A stretch of 64,000 nucleotides of DNA from Wickerhamiella versatilis (taxonomy: Eukaryota): assembly GCA_030867685.1 (NCBI GenBank), contig JAQOWU010000008.1, positions 4,154,001-4,218,000 on the forward strand, written 5' to 3'. The notes below the pieces were generated by a model. The model did no database searches. It was not told where the DNA came from and was given only the letters and a program-made list of their open reading frames with translations. Below, piece after piece: positions 42,889 through 53,208 of this stretch. A program made the position numbers and the translations under genes. Position 1 is the stretch's first letter; each line of letters begins with the position of its first letter.

Positions 42889-43025
42889 AATGCTCTCACC
42901 AGGTCTTGTGATTCTTACCTTAGAGATATGAGGGTTGTCGGGAAGTTACGTTAGTTGGGAAAGGGTGGAACCTTCCACTTCTTGTATCATGTGAGTCCTA
43001 GCAATCACTGAATTATTTAAATAAG

Positions 43026-43526
43026 CTAATTTTGTTCAATATCATCACTAGTTATCATTAATGCACGGGCAGGGCGCCTACGCAACCGTTGAAGAGCCTT
43101 GCGACCCTTGTTCTGGCGAAAGTTTCCGTTGCCTGAAAGGGCCTGGTTTGCTGCATCAGAATCATCGCTACTCCCATGCATCATGGCTTTCGAAAAATTG
43201 CCCACACCGGGCGGGCTCAGAGTCAATTCCAGGGTTGGCGACCCATTAAAGCCATGCTCAATTGCAGAGCGAAGACCGGCATCGGAGCTCAGTTGACCTA
43301 CAAAAGGCGAAATGATAGGGTCATCCAGCCCGTATGGTTCCATATTATCATCGTCACTGATAGAATCGGCCGAGCTCACGTTGCTTCTAGCGCTTCTGGG
43401 GCTTGACGGACTGCCGCTAAATGGGCTCGACGGTCTACCAAGCGAGCGAGGAGAGCCAACACGTACGCCCATCAATGGACGTGCAGCTGTACGCCTTGAC
43501 TTTTCCGGTGTCGACATTAACGACAT
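43026..43526 (-). CDS. Hypothetical disordered Ser/Pro-rich protein
   Basis: 166-aa ATG ORF filling the interval; many S/T-P sites; basic C-terminal RKALQRLRRRP. Confidence 0.55.
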   Translation of the reverse strand: MSLMSTPEKSRRTAARPLMGVRVGSPRSLGRPSSPFSGSPSSPRSARSNVSSADSISDDDNMEPYGLDDPIISPFVGQLSSDAGLRSAIEHGFNGSPTLELTLSPPGVGNFSKAMMHGSSDDSDAANQALSGNGNFRQNKGRKALQRLRRRPARALMITSDDIEQN

Positions 43527-43539
43527 AGATTGATATGCG

Positions 43540-44811
43540 ATGCGCCCCTGTACGAGATGGGATTACTCACGGGTTGCCTACGTTAGCTTCACACCGCCAG
43601 GTATGAGACAAGCATTCAGGCGTAAACTGACACGACGCGTTGCAGCTATGCTCCCCTTAGGCCTCGGGTTGTGGTGGCTTGCAACTCTGGAAGATGAGGA
43701 GGGAAACCCAAGGCAAGCGCATCCTTGGCAGGTGCGCGCATATGGTGCGCTACCACTTAAAATGGCTTCACGTGTTTGGGGTCACGTCAATTCTATTGAT
43801 TTACCTGAAAATCTCCGGGAGCCTAGTTTCAAGTTCTATGCATGGCTTTTTGGTGTAAATCTCGATGAAATGAAGGATCCTGATCTAAGTCACTATAAGA
43901 ATCTCAGTGAGTTTTTCTATCGAGAGTTGAAGCCTGATGCTCGTCCAATCGCCAATTCACTCTTGGTATCTCCCTGTGATGGGAAAATGCTGCAATTTGG
44001 AACCCTTGTTGACAACAGTAGAATTGAAAAAGTTAAAGGAGTGTCATATACACTAGATTCCTTTTTGGGTTCTAAAAACACTCGCAAGGTTGACATATCG
44101 ACGCCAAAAAATGGAATTGAAGTTGAGAGGCATCAGGCTTTTGCTCGCATGAACGGAATATCGTATACTGTTGACGAGATGGTTGGGGACGAGAATCATG
44201 ATGTCAAGGACATAGGGGATATGGCCTATGAATCTCCTCGCATAGTTCCTCCAGAGGATCTGCTGATCCCATACTCCTCCCCAGGTGCTGCAAGTAAGAT
44301 GCACTACTGTGTGATATATCTTGCGCCAGGTGACTATCACCGTTTCCACTCTCCAGCTTCCTGGGTCGCTCAGGTTAGAAGGCATTATATTGGGGAATTA
44401 TTTAGTGTCGCACCATACTTTCAGAGCCGTATGGCGAATCTTTTTTGTATCAATGAGAGAGTTGCTATCTTAGGTCGATGGCGTCATGGTTTTTTTAGTA
44501 TGACACCAGTCGGAGCCACAAATGTTGGTAGCATAGCTATTAACTTTGATAGCCATTTACGTACCAACAGCCGGTACGATGTTGAGGGTGTACGACATCA
44601 GAAAAGCGATTGCTACGAGGCAACTTACAGATCTGCATCACCTCTCTTGCATGGCTATCCTCTGGTACGAGGTGATGAAATTGGTGGATTCAAGCTTGGT
44701 TCAACAGTAGTTTTAATATTTGAAGCTCCTGCCAATTTCGAATTCAAGGTTGGTGAAGGTGAAACGGTGAAGATGGGACAGGCTCTTGGAGACATAGACA
44801 AATCTCAATAA
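43540..44811 (+). CDS. PSD1: Mitochondrial phosphatidylserine decarboxylase (start may be ATG 43603)
   Basis: FFYRELKP, SPCDGK, IYLAPGDYHRFHSP, VGATNVGSI, autocleavage motif LGST. Confidence 0.96.
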   Translation: MRPCTRWDYSRVAYVSFTPPGMRQAFRRKLTRRVAAMLPLGLGLWWLATLEDEEGNPRQAHPWQVRAYGALPLKMASRVWGHVNSIDLPENLREPSFKFYAWLFGVNLDEMKDPDLSHYKNLSEFFYRELKPDARPIANSLLVSPCDGKMLQFGTLVDNSRIEKVKGVSYTLDSFLGSKNTRKVDISTPKNGIEVERHQAFARMNGISYTVDEMVGDENHDVKDIGDMAYESPRIVPPEDLLIPYSSPGAASKMHYCVIYLAPGDYHRFHSPASWVAQVRRHYIGELFSVAPYFQSRMANLFCINERVAILGRWRHGFFSMTPVGATNVGSIAINFDSHLRTNSRYDVEGVRHQKSDCYEATYRSASPLLHGYPLVRGDEIGGFKLGSTVVLIFEAPANFEFKVGEGETVKMGQALGDIDKSQ

Positions 44812-45148
44812 CATGCATTGAAAACATTGTATGTATAGGTTCTCGCAGAATGAACCATCCACGTTAATGTCGAAACATAAAAATCTACTTGAGATATTCT
44901 AGCATTCCTATGGAATAACCCCAGTAGGCATAAACCAATTCTAATCTTTTATCTCTTATGTTTTCCTCTATTCTTTAACCGCCCTGAAAAGTGGTAAGTT
45001 ACACTAGCGGCGTATATTCAGAAAATTCTCAAATCAAATATAACGTCTAAACAAGCATCATATGATTTATTTATCATGAAGGCAACTTCCCTATCATTTT
45101 ACTTGTGAGATTACCGAAGTTAAATTAAAAAATAGTTTTATTTTCTAC

Positions 45149-47689
45149 CTACCATTGACCAGGGTTTAAACCGAAGTAACCTTTTTCTGGCACAGCTAGT
45201 CGTGGGATACCTAATTTTGCATCAGCATTGTTCGCGACAACTGTGTTACCCCACCAGTCTATAGACGAAAAATGTTTATATGAGGTGCTAAAGAACATTA
45301 TCAGCGCGGAATAAGAATTCCCAACGTCTATGGCACATGTCAATAGGAATGCATATTTGGCGTACCACTTAGGAAACCTCGGCCGCACGTAACAACTGAA
45401 AAGTATTGCTATAAACCAGGAACCAAAAGCCCCATACCAGTTAGACCCAAGAGCACCACTCAGTATAACCATTTCGTTTATACGCCTCATCCAGTTTTCA
45501 CATCCAGGAGCGACTTTTTGTGACTTTTCAGATATGGATAGAGATCTAGATCGAACTCGCTGGAATATACGATGGAAAATGCCTTTCCGCAATAACCAAA
45601 AAGGAAGAGGGTAGAATACTCCGACTAAAAAACACCATTTTAGTTCCGGAAGCGTGGTCGAAAAGACTCTGCGAGGACCAACTGTACCCCATTGAATTGC
45701 AGCATTAAAATAGGTTCTAGAGGGTTGACAGAAGAAACGCTGGCGATTTTCCAAACTGCAAAAGTCATTGATATTTCCAGATATTTGGAAATAGATAATT
45801 CCGCTCTGGACGAACGTTGAAATTGCCGTGACAACCATTTGAGACCGGAATAGAGAACGTGGTGCAATGCCACTATAGTGGGCCATTACTTGGTTAGTGA
45901 CATAGTTGTCGGTCTGAACTAGAAAATTTGTCGCAAAAACCTTGGATATCAGCAAAGCATATCCGTTTCCAGGCAAAGCGTAACCTATGATCATTTCGAA
46001 GAGAACATTTATTGTGATTTGACTTCCCGTGAGTGCATAAAGATACCCTGTTGGTATTATGAAAATTAAAGAAAGACCTACACCCAGAAATATTGTCCAA
46101 ACTGGAGTATTTGTGAAACTATATTTCTCGACAAGAGCTATGGCCATGGATAATGATCCGACCAAAGCTATAAGAAACCACCATTCAGGTACCTCTAGGT
46201 ATTTTCGCTGTGCTCTAGAGAAGCGGTCATCAAACCTATCAAGTGCCCTTCCAACTTTTGAGAAACCGGCCCAAAAAGACTTCAAAGAATATATAAACAT
46301 CTGCCCGTAATTAAGAATGGAATAGACCACAAGAGCCGTGTAGGTCATAAAGAAGGTTCCATATGATACGACGTTTCCGGCAGACCAATAGGGAGGACTG
46401 TAAAGTTTATAGGCGGCCTCATCAATCCTTTGTTCGCTAGTCAATATTTTTGAAACCTTCCAAGGCTCACCATTGTTTGCCCATAACTGGTTAGTGTTGA
46501 TGGGTATATAACCCGTCCATCGTATGTTGCAATACCATACAATTATAACTGTCAGGGTTGCGACAGCCATACCAAAGTATTGGTTATTAAATATATATAA
46601 TGGCAGATAGACTCCTCCCCAGCCAACAACATTAGTATCCAATGTTGCAAGAGGATTGAGGCCTAATCCATTAATCCAACCCGTAAGGTTGTTAGCTTCC
46701 ACACCATTTGGCTGTATCCAAGTTATCCATTCCCCTTGGCTAAGCCCAAGAAAAAGAAAATTTGTTACCCAATACCATGCGAAGTTGGCCAATACGAATA
46801 TCCAGAAGAATTCAACCCGCCGAAGTGACCAACCATTGATGATTTCTCGAGCATCTTCTTGTACCAGTGTGCGAGACATCACTATCATAGGCAAACACGT
46901 ATACCATAACATTCGTGTAGGATAAACCAAAAAGGTTCTACAAAGCCCTGCGATTCCGAAACCCATAAATGCAGATGACAATGTCAGCATTATAACGAAT
47001 CCGAAATTTCGTGCCCCCGAAAAGCCATAGAATTGATCAGATCCCATGGCGATAATCGCATCTTGTGAATATGGCGCAGAACATGCTGCGCTAACAGCCA
47101 ATGTCGTAAGCATCTGCTCCTTGAATGTCCACGGTCCAAAATTAAGTTTCTTTGGCATGAAATTAGCCCAGACTTGTCCGGAATATGCAACCAAGAGCTG
47201 TAGCGCAGTAGATCCCATACCAATGGATGGTGATCTAGGTTCAAAGAAAACATTAATTGCAGATCCTGCACATGCCCAGAATACTGCCAGAGTATACATC
47301 CTTAAGTTTTCGTATCCTTCTGGTCCAGGCTCGTCAATTGGTCGAGTTACAGCTCGTACCTCTGGATATATGGACCAGTCATCAATCAAGAATGCTTCGA
47401 TTCTAATTCTAGCTCTCCATTCTTTATCATCCAATCGCTGATCTTGAACCAAACTGTTCAGGTACTGCCAGAAACCATCTTTTAGACATGGGTCATCAAA
47501 ATGCTCAACAAGAGCATTTTTTAAAACATCAACGCATTTTGTAATGGAGCGATCATTGAGATGATCCGTAATTATAGCGATATCATCTGTGGTGTAATGC
47601 GCGTTTAGTTCCGTATACAATTCATCGGTTAAAGACTCCATATTTCTGGACTCATCCAGAAATTCCGATTGCAAGCTAGTTGTCCCCAT
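45149..47689 (-). CDS. OPT-family oligopeptide transporter
   Basis: SIYPEVRAV, GPWTFKEQ, YLEVPEWWF, WGTVGPRRVF, IDWWGN; multiple transmembrane helices. Confidence 0.93.
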   Translation of the reverse strand: MGTTSLQSEFLDESRNMESLTDELYTELNAHYTTDDIAIITDHLNDRSITKCVDVLKNALVEHFDDPCLKDGFWQYLNSLVQDQRLDDKEWRARIRIEAFLIDDWSIYPEVRAVTRPIDEPGPEGYENLRMYTLAVFWACAGSAINVFFEPRSPSIGMGSTALQLLVAYSGQVWANFMPKKLNFGPWTFKEQMLTTLAVSAACSAPYSQDAIIAMGSDQFYGFSGARNFGFVIMLTLSSAFMGFGIAGLCRTFLVYPTRMLWYTCLPMIVMSRTLVQEDAREIINGWSLRRVEFFWIFVLANFAWYWVTNFLFLGLSQGEWITWIQPNGVEANNLTGWINGLGLNPLATLDTNVVGWGGVYLPLYIFNNQYFGMAVATLTVIIVWYCNIRWTGYIPINTNQLWANNGEPWKVSKILTSEQRIDEAAYKLYSPPYWSAGNVVSYGTFFMTYTALVVYSILNYGQMFIYSLKSFWAGFSKVGRALDRFDDRFSRAQRKYLEVPEWWFLIALVGSLSMAIALVEKYSFTNTPVWTIFLGVGLSLIFIIPTGYLYALTGSQITINVLFEMIIGYALPGNGYALLISKVFATNFLVQTDNYVTNQVMAHYSGIAPRSLFRSQMVVTAISTFVQSGIIYFQISGNINDFCSLENRQRFFCQPSRTYFNAAIQWGTVGPRRVFSTTLPELKWCFLVGVFYPLPFWLLRKGIFHRIFQRVRSRSLSISEKSQKVAPGCENWMRRINEMVILSGALGSNWYGAFGSWFIAILFSCYVRPRFPKWYAKYAFLLTCAIDVGNSYSALIMFFSTSYKHFSSIDWWGNTVVANNADAKLGIPRLAVPEKGYFGLNPGQW

Positions 47690-47852
47690 ATAAGTTCAAT
47701 CCTTAAGTTCATTCGAATGTCGCAGCACAGTTTTACGAGAAACAGCATGACCTAGCCCTATGTGGTTCCCTTCCGGTAACTCCCTTTTCTCGAAGAGGAA
47801 ATGCTCTACTTCAAGATATATTTGTTCGGCGCACAATTAGAACTCTTTCATC

Positions 47853-48914
47853 ATGACATCGCGTTGGTTTGTATTTCTATCAGTTGTTTGTGCGCGTGGG
47901 TACGATAAAGTCCGTCAGGAGCCCATTGCGAAAGCTGTGCATGGGATTGCAGCTCAATGTAGCACAGAGGAAGGCCATATGAACTGCACTAATCACAGTG
48001 TTGAAGCCCTTAGCAACTGTGGCCCTGAAGATTTGACATGTCAATGCGCTCAAGTGCGCCATATCAAAGATTATTGTGACGAAGTGTGTGGAGCTCCAGC
48101 ACATACCCATCAAGCCACGACCATGTTTCTCGAAAATTCATGTTCACATATCACGCGTTCTGCAGATTTTCCGTCTAAGTTAGTGCCTGAGTTGACAATG
48201 CACCAGCTTGTTGACCTGGAAGGTAGACCCCGCATGGCATTGAAGGCAATGGAAGACAAACTTCGGATCGCTACTGAGACTATACGACAAGGAATGTCTC
48301 AATCTGCAGAAGAAGAAGAAGTGGAAGATGGAGAAGACACTGAGTCGTCCGATGCGAACGAGGACTCCGAGGTTGACACGCCTCAAAAAAGGGACTACGT
48401 GGTGTATCATGTCGATTCCAACAGCCCACAGGATAGAGAGCGCTTGAAAGATAAAGCAGCACAGGCAGCAATGCTTCTACAAGCTGAATTTGACGTCAAA
48501 GGGTCCACTCTAGTCGAGGAGGTACAGAATGAAGGGGATCCGGAACCAGAGACAATGGAAGAGCCATCAAAGGCACAAAAAGACGGACACGCTTATATAT
48601 TTAACGTAGCACATGCGACAGTAGGAGCACAACCTACTCCTGCTAAGCAGATTCGACCATCCACTCCAATAACTCCACAACAGGATGGCCGTCTCAACAG
48701 GGCTAAGCATTATTTAAGGGCAAAAATAAACCAAGTGGCCCCTAATAATACAATTGCAGGGCAGGCATCTCAACCAAGCAACTATACGCGTGATGACTCT
48801 CAGAGCCCGAAGAGCAATTCACCTTCCAGAATTGCATTCGACGTGTCTCGTGGTTCGTCGACATCCCTAGCCTTGCCTCTTGTGGTTGTAGCAGTTATGG
48901 CATTAGCTCTCTAG
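47853..48914 (+). CDS. Putative GPI-anchored protein with an 8-Cys CFEM-like domain
   Basis: Signal peptide; C-x8-C-x10-C-x3-D-x2-C-x-C-x9-C-x3-C-x17-C; hydrophobic C-terminal LALPLVVVAVMALAL after small residues. Confidence 0.7.
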   Translation: MTSRWFVFLSVVCARGYDKVRQEPIAKAVHGIAAQCSTEEGHMNCTNHSVEALSNCGPEDLTCQCAQVRHIKDYCDEVCGAPAHTHQATTMFLENSCSHITRSADFPSKLVPELTMHQLVDLEGRPRMALKAMEDKLRIATETIRQGMSQSAEEEEVEDGEDTESSDANEDSEVDTPQKRDYVVYHVDSNSPQDRERLKDKAAQAAMLLQAEFDVKGSTLVEEVQNEGDPEPETMEEPSKAQKDGHAYIFNVAHATVGAQPTPAKQIRPSTPITPQQDGRLNRAKHYLRAKINQVAPNNTIAGQASQPSNYTRDDSQSPKSNSPSRIAFDVSRGSSTSLALPLVVVAVMALAL

Positions 48915-48988
48915 GTATATCACATGACAGTAAATAGATGACTATAAGTAATATGTTTATTCCCTTCTAATTTCATTTTCGTGCAACT

Positions 48989-49438
48989 CTACTGGGAGCA
49001 CAAAACTCTAGCGAATTCATTATAGTCAATCTGGCCATTTCCATCAACATCGGCCTCACGAATAATCTCATCAGCCTCCTCCTCGGTCAACTTGTCACCA
49101 ATTGAGGTCAGCACATGACGAAGTTCAGCCGCAGAGATGTAACCGCTTCCTGATCGATCAAATACTCTGAAGGCCTCACGCACCTCCTCCTCGCTATCCG
49201 CATCTTTCGTCTTTCGTGCCATAATAGCAAGAAACTCAGAAAGATCAACAGTGCCATCAGAGCCAGCACCTACTTCTGCTACCATGTCCTGTACTTCTGC
49301 CTCGCTAGGTGTCGATCCAAGACTACGCATGACAGTACCCAGCTCGCGAGTAGTAATCTTTCCATCACGGTCCTTGTCAAAGAGTGAAAAGGCTTCCTTG
49401 TACGCAGAAATCTGCTCTTGGCTTAGCTTCTCCGACAT
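48989..49438 (-). CDS. CMD1: Calmodulin
   Basis: 149 aa; [56 protein letters not shown]. Confidence 0.93.
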   Translation of the reverse strand: MSEKLSQEQISAYKEAFSLFDKDRDGKITTRELGTVMRSLGSTPSEAEVQDMVAEVGAGSDGTVDLSEFLAIMARKTKDADSEEEVREAFRVFDRSGSGYISAAELRHVLTSIGDKLTEEEADEIIREADVDGNGQIDYNEFARVLCSQ

Positions 49439-49469
49439 ATCGTGTTAGTTACTAAGCCAACGCTTGGAG

Positions 49470-51434
49470 ATGCTGTCTCCAGACGCGATTCGCGCAGTAT
49501 TTCCAAAACCTCTTCTGCCTCAAGAAACAGAAGATGCTGTAGAACAGCTCGTGCGATTTGTACAAGGCTCGTCAAATGTATTACCTCAAGCGATGCCTGT
49601 AGAACAGGCTTTCTTCCACAGAATCGTTGAGCGTGTACGAATATACTTCCTTGAAGAGCCATTTAGAACACCAGATTCTTTGGAAGCATTTGCATTATAT
49701 TTACAGCAAGCATTTGATGCTACTATATGCCCCCAAAGGCTTTCTATGTTTGAGCATGGTGAAAAGTCCGAGATATTTGTGGAACAGGCATTTGCTGCAT
49801 TGTCTAAATCTATAGCACCGAGGAATTTGCAATATCTTTTAGACAAGCACCTTGAAATTAACACCATTTCCAATGGCGATATTTCGATTCTGGGGATGCT
49901 TGTTAAATTTGGTCTTGGCCCCGAGGTAAAGATAGCGTTATCTCGTGCACTCCCTCGTGAAATCAGCTTTTTAGTATCTTCTTTCCATGAATCGGATGAG
50001 ATGCTTTCTGCCGGTTTTAAGTGGATTGATGAAAGACTGAATCCAAAATTGGCTATTGTAGTTGGGAATGAAGATGCGGGAATGGCGTCTTCAGGCTTGA
50101 GAGGTCAATTCGTGCAAGCGGTAAGTATTTCGCGAGCGAAAACTCTTTGCAAATTAATTAGCCAGGATCTCACTCCTGCAGATATAATTTGTTCAGACCT
50201 ACAAGGTGCTATAAACCATAATTCGAGTCTGACAGGATCTGTGGTTGCTGAGTTTTCGAAGGACTTTTTCAAGGAAAATTTGAACGTGGGTGTTGAAACA
50301 TCTCAGATTTTACTGCTGTATTTACGTGTTGTGCGCGTGATGTCCAGAATAGAGCCAACTAGCATGGTGGAAGATATTGCGGAGCCAATGCGCCGCTGCC
50401 TCAAAGAAAGGGCGGACACAATTGTTGCTATCGTATCCACCCTTTTTGGTCCCAACGTTTCCGCAAACGAACTCCGCAATTTGTTAGACTCCGGTAGCGT
50501 TGTTGACAACCTGTTATCTATCTACGAGAACAAAGAGGTATTTACGAAACAACTAGCTGTCCAATTCAGTGAACAATTACTTGTGAGCGAAAGTCTAGAA
50601 GAGGTTGCTGATCTGCGGGAGAAGGCGGAGCTTTTGGAGTCGCACTTTGGTGAATGGCAGCTTCAGAATATACATGTCATGATATCGGATATTGAAAATA
50701 GCTCGAATATTGCTGAACAAGTGCATGAGGTAAACTCAGAGCTGAATGCCCTGTCGCCGTTAATTTTATCGCGACTCTATTGGCCAGGTCTCAGTAGAGA
50801 AGGCCAATTGCGCCTTCCACCCGCTGCACAAGGACTTATCAACAATTTCGCCGACGAATATAAGCAACTTACGGATGAGCAACGTGTTCTAAAGTGGTTG
50901 CCCACTATGGGGCGCGTACATGTTCTAGTCCAGCTGAGTGATCGTAACCTAGAACTTCGAGTGACTCCTGAGCAGGCCTCATTGCTATGCGCCTTTCAAG
51001 ATCATGGAGGAGAGCTCTCAATGCATCAATTAGAAAATGCAACAGGACTTACTGGCCAGTCATTACTTTCCACATTGCAATTTTGGATCGATCAGCGTGT
51101 TATAGGTGCTGATTTTGAAACATACAAAATAATGGAAACTGAAGCCGAAGCAGATCAACTTAGTGAAGCTGTAGTGTCGTCAAATACTCAGCAAAACACG
51201 ATTAATTCGGCAAAGAAAGCAACCCAAGAGATGGACGTCTACTGGTCATATATTCAGGGTATGCTCCGGAATCTTGGATCATTACCGGTTGACCGTATCC
51301 ATAGCTTTCTTACGATGCTTGTTCCTAAAGATGATCCATACGTCAAAACTAAGGAAGAGCTAGAAACTTTCCTTCTGTCGCTGGTCGAGGAAGAGAAGTT
51401 AGCGTGCATAGATGGTAAGTATAGTTTAAATTAA
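49470..51434 (+). CDS. APC2: APC/C cullin-like subunit
   Basis: LKERADTI, NLLSIYENKEVF..L, ILSRLYWP, C-terminal YWSYIQGMLRNLGSLPVDRIHSFL WHB domain. Confidence 0.9.
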   Translation: MLSPDAIRAVFPKPLLPQETEDAVEQLVRFVQGSSNVLPQAMPVEQAFFHRIVERVRIYFLEEPFRTPDSLEAFALYLQQAFDATICPQRLSMFEHGEKSEIFVEQAFAALSKSIAPRNLQYLLDKHLEINTISNGDISILGMLVKFGLGPEVKIALSRALPREISFLVSSFHESDEMLSAGFKWIDERLNPKLAIVVGNEDAGMASSGLRGQFVQAVSISRAKTLCKLISQDLTPADIICSDLQGAINHNSSLTGSVVAEFSKDFFKENLNVGVETSQILLLYLRVVRVMSRIEPTSMVEDIAEPMRRCLKERADTIVAIVSTLFGPNVSANELRNLLDSGSVVDNLLSIYENKEVFTKQLAVQFSEQLLVSESLEEVADLREKAELLESHFGEWQLQNIHVMISDIENSSNIAEQVHEVNSELNALSPLILSRLYWPGLSREGQLRLPPAAQGLINNFADEYKQLTDEQRVLKWLPTMGRVHVLVQLSDRNLELRVTPEQASLLCAFQDHGGELSMHQLENATGLTGQSLLSTLQFWIDQRVIGADFETYKIMETEAEADQLSEAVVSSNTQQNTINSAKKATQEMDVYWSYIQGMLRNLGSLPVDRIHSFLTMLVPKDDPYVKTKEELETFLLSLVEEEKLACIDGKYSLN

Positions 51435-51544
51435 GTAGCATTAACCAGTCGCATATTAAAAAGAAAGTTGAATATCTTCATTTTCGGCTTGCCCATTAAG
51501 TGGATGAGTAAGTTCGTGGGTTTGGAGAGACGCGTCTCGAGCCT

Positions 51545-53182
51545 ATGGATGATGGAGTGGGTAGGGCCGTAGCACTGTATAAAAAGAAGCGCTACCAGGT
51601 AGCTTTAGTGGTTTTGGAGGCTCACATGTCATCACATTCGTGGAATCCCCGCAAGCTGAGCTTGCAGCAGCAATTTCGCACATACGACATTAGGGCGTCA
51701 CTCTACGAGCGTGTCAACCGTTTAACTGCCGCATTGAGCGATGCCAACCGGATGATTCATTTGCAGCACCGAGATTCTCGTGGTTATTTACGAAAAGGTC
51801 GCATTTTATTGTTGATGGGAAAGCCGATGGAGGCGCTAGAAGTATATCGTCTGGGGTTGACAAAGGGCGACAAATATCATGACACTCTTCTTGCTGGAGA
51901 GAGTCAAGCTCTAAGAAAGGCAAGAGATAAAGTTGATCCCATTTTACGGCTTCCCGTTGAGTTGCTGGTGGAATTATTTCAAAGGTTTAGTTTGGCTGAG
52001 TTGTGTACCTTCTGTCTTGTCAGTAAAACATGGAATCGTTTCTTAAGTGGGGAATCAAGACTATGGTGCAACTTAGTGTTTAAGAAAATTTCTTCGAAAC
52101 GCTCCAGCAGTATACCAGCTTCAACGGTGATTCGCTATTGTGAGCACACACAGAAACAGCCTCTGACTATCGACCTGAGATATATAGCGGTTAAAAACCC
52201 AGAGACACTTTGCCGGTTCCTTGCCAAGAAGACTTCTGCTCGTCTTGTTAGCTTTGCCGCTATGAATGCATCACTCTGCGATACCACTGCCAACTTCTCT
52301 GATTTGCGGCATTTGTGTCTCACGACCTCTGCATTAGCTAGAGATATTGTATGGTCTTTGGAACACCTTCCAGTCCTGGAAGAACTTGAGCTGCTTGCTG
52401 TTCCGGGAAAAAACCAAGTTGCATCTCTTGTGCCCTCTGTAGCATCTTCGATTCCAAAATCTTCTTCACATCTTCGTCGTATCATGCTATCAAGTTACGC
52501 GGGGTGTAGATGTCTCACGGATTTAGTTGCAAATGAACTTGCTTCCTTGCCCTCTTTACAGGAGCTGGAAATGCACCGAATAATCCCAAATATGCTGCCA
52601 GTATTACAACCAGCTCTCGAAAACCAAACGCTGAGACGTTTTGGGTTTACGAGTGAAGGTCCCCTTTCTCGACAGATATCACTACCGTTGCCTTACTTTT
52701 CCTCTCGGAACCTTTGCTCTCTGACGTTAAATAACATTCAACTCAGTGTTTACCGACCGCATGGTGAGGCTGAGTCTGCTCTGTGCCCACTTCCCCTGGA
52801 GTATCTTGAACTGAAGCACACTACTGTGACCGATGGCCATATTGGGCAAGTAGTAAATTTTTACAGTTGTGACACGAATTTGACAACGTTAGTGCTTCAT
52901 CAAAGCCTACTACTTGGGCCTTGGGTGGACTTCTTGCTACCCAAATTGGAGTGCCTGCAGTTCAGTGGTATGCCAGCTCTTGATGATAAGCGATTCAGTC
53001 AGCTACTGGCTTCTATGCCATCCTTGCTTAAGGCTAACTTTGATAACACTCCCACTACAGGATCCAGACTGGTAAGCCTTGTCAGACATGGTTTGCGAGT
53101 AGTAAGGTGCAAGGGCATCGAGCTCTTGAATCCAGATACGGTTGAGTGGATCTCTTCGACCGGCATAAACGTAATATTTTGA
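51545..53182 (+). CDS. TPR/F-box/LRR protein (Dia2/Pof3 family)
   Basis: TPR ALSDANRMI..RGYLRKGRILLLMGK; F-box DPILRLPVELLVELF..CLVSKTWNRFL; degenerate LRRs. Confidence 0.85.
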   Translation: MDDGVGRAVALYKKKRYQVALVVLEAHMSSHSWNPRKLSLQQQFRTYDIRASLYERVNRLTAALSDANRMIHLQHRDSRGYLRKGRILLLMGKPMEALEVYRLGLTKGDKYHDTLLAGESQALRKARDKVDPILRLPVELLVELFQRFSLAELCTFCLVSKTWNRFLSGESRLWCNLVFKKISSKRSSSIPASTVIRYCEHTQKQPLTIDLRYIAVKNPETLCRFLAKKTSARLVSFAAMNASLCDTTANFSDLRHLCLTTSALARDIVWSLEHLPVLEELELLAVPGKNQVASLVPSVASSIPKSSSHLRRIMLSSYAGCRCLTDLVANELASLPSLQELEMHRIIPNMLPVLQPALENQTLRRFGFTSEGPLSRQISLPLPYFSSRNLCSLTLNNIQLSVYRPHGEAESALCPLPLEYLELKHTTVTDGHIGQVVNFYSCDTNLTTLVLHQSLLLGPWVDFLLPKLECLQFSGMPALDDKRFSQLLASMPSLLKANFDNTPTTGSRLVSLVRHGLRVVRCKGIELLNPDTVEWISSTGINVIF

Positions 53183-53208
53183 TACTTCTCTTAATTTAAT
53201 TTTTTAAC

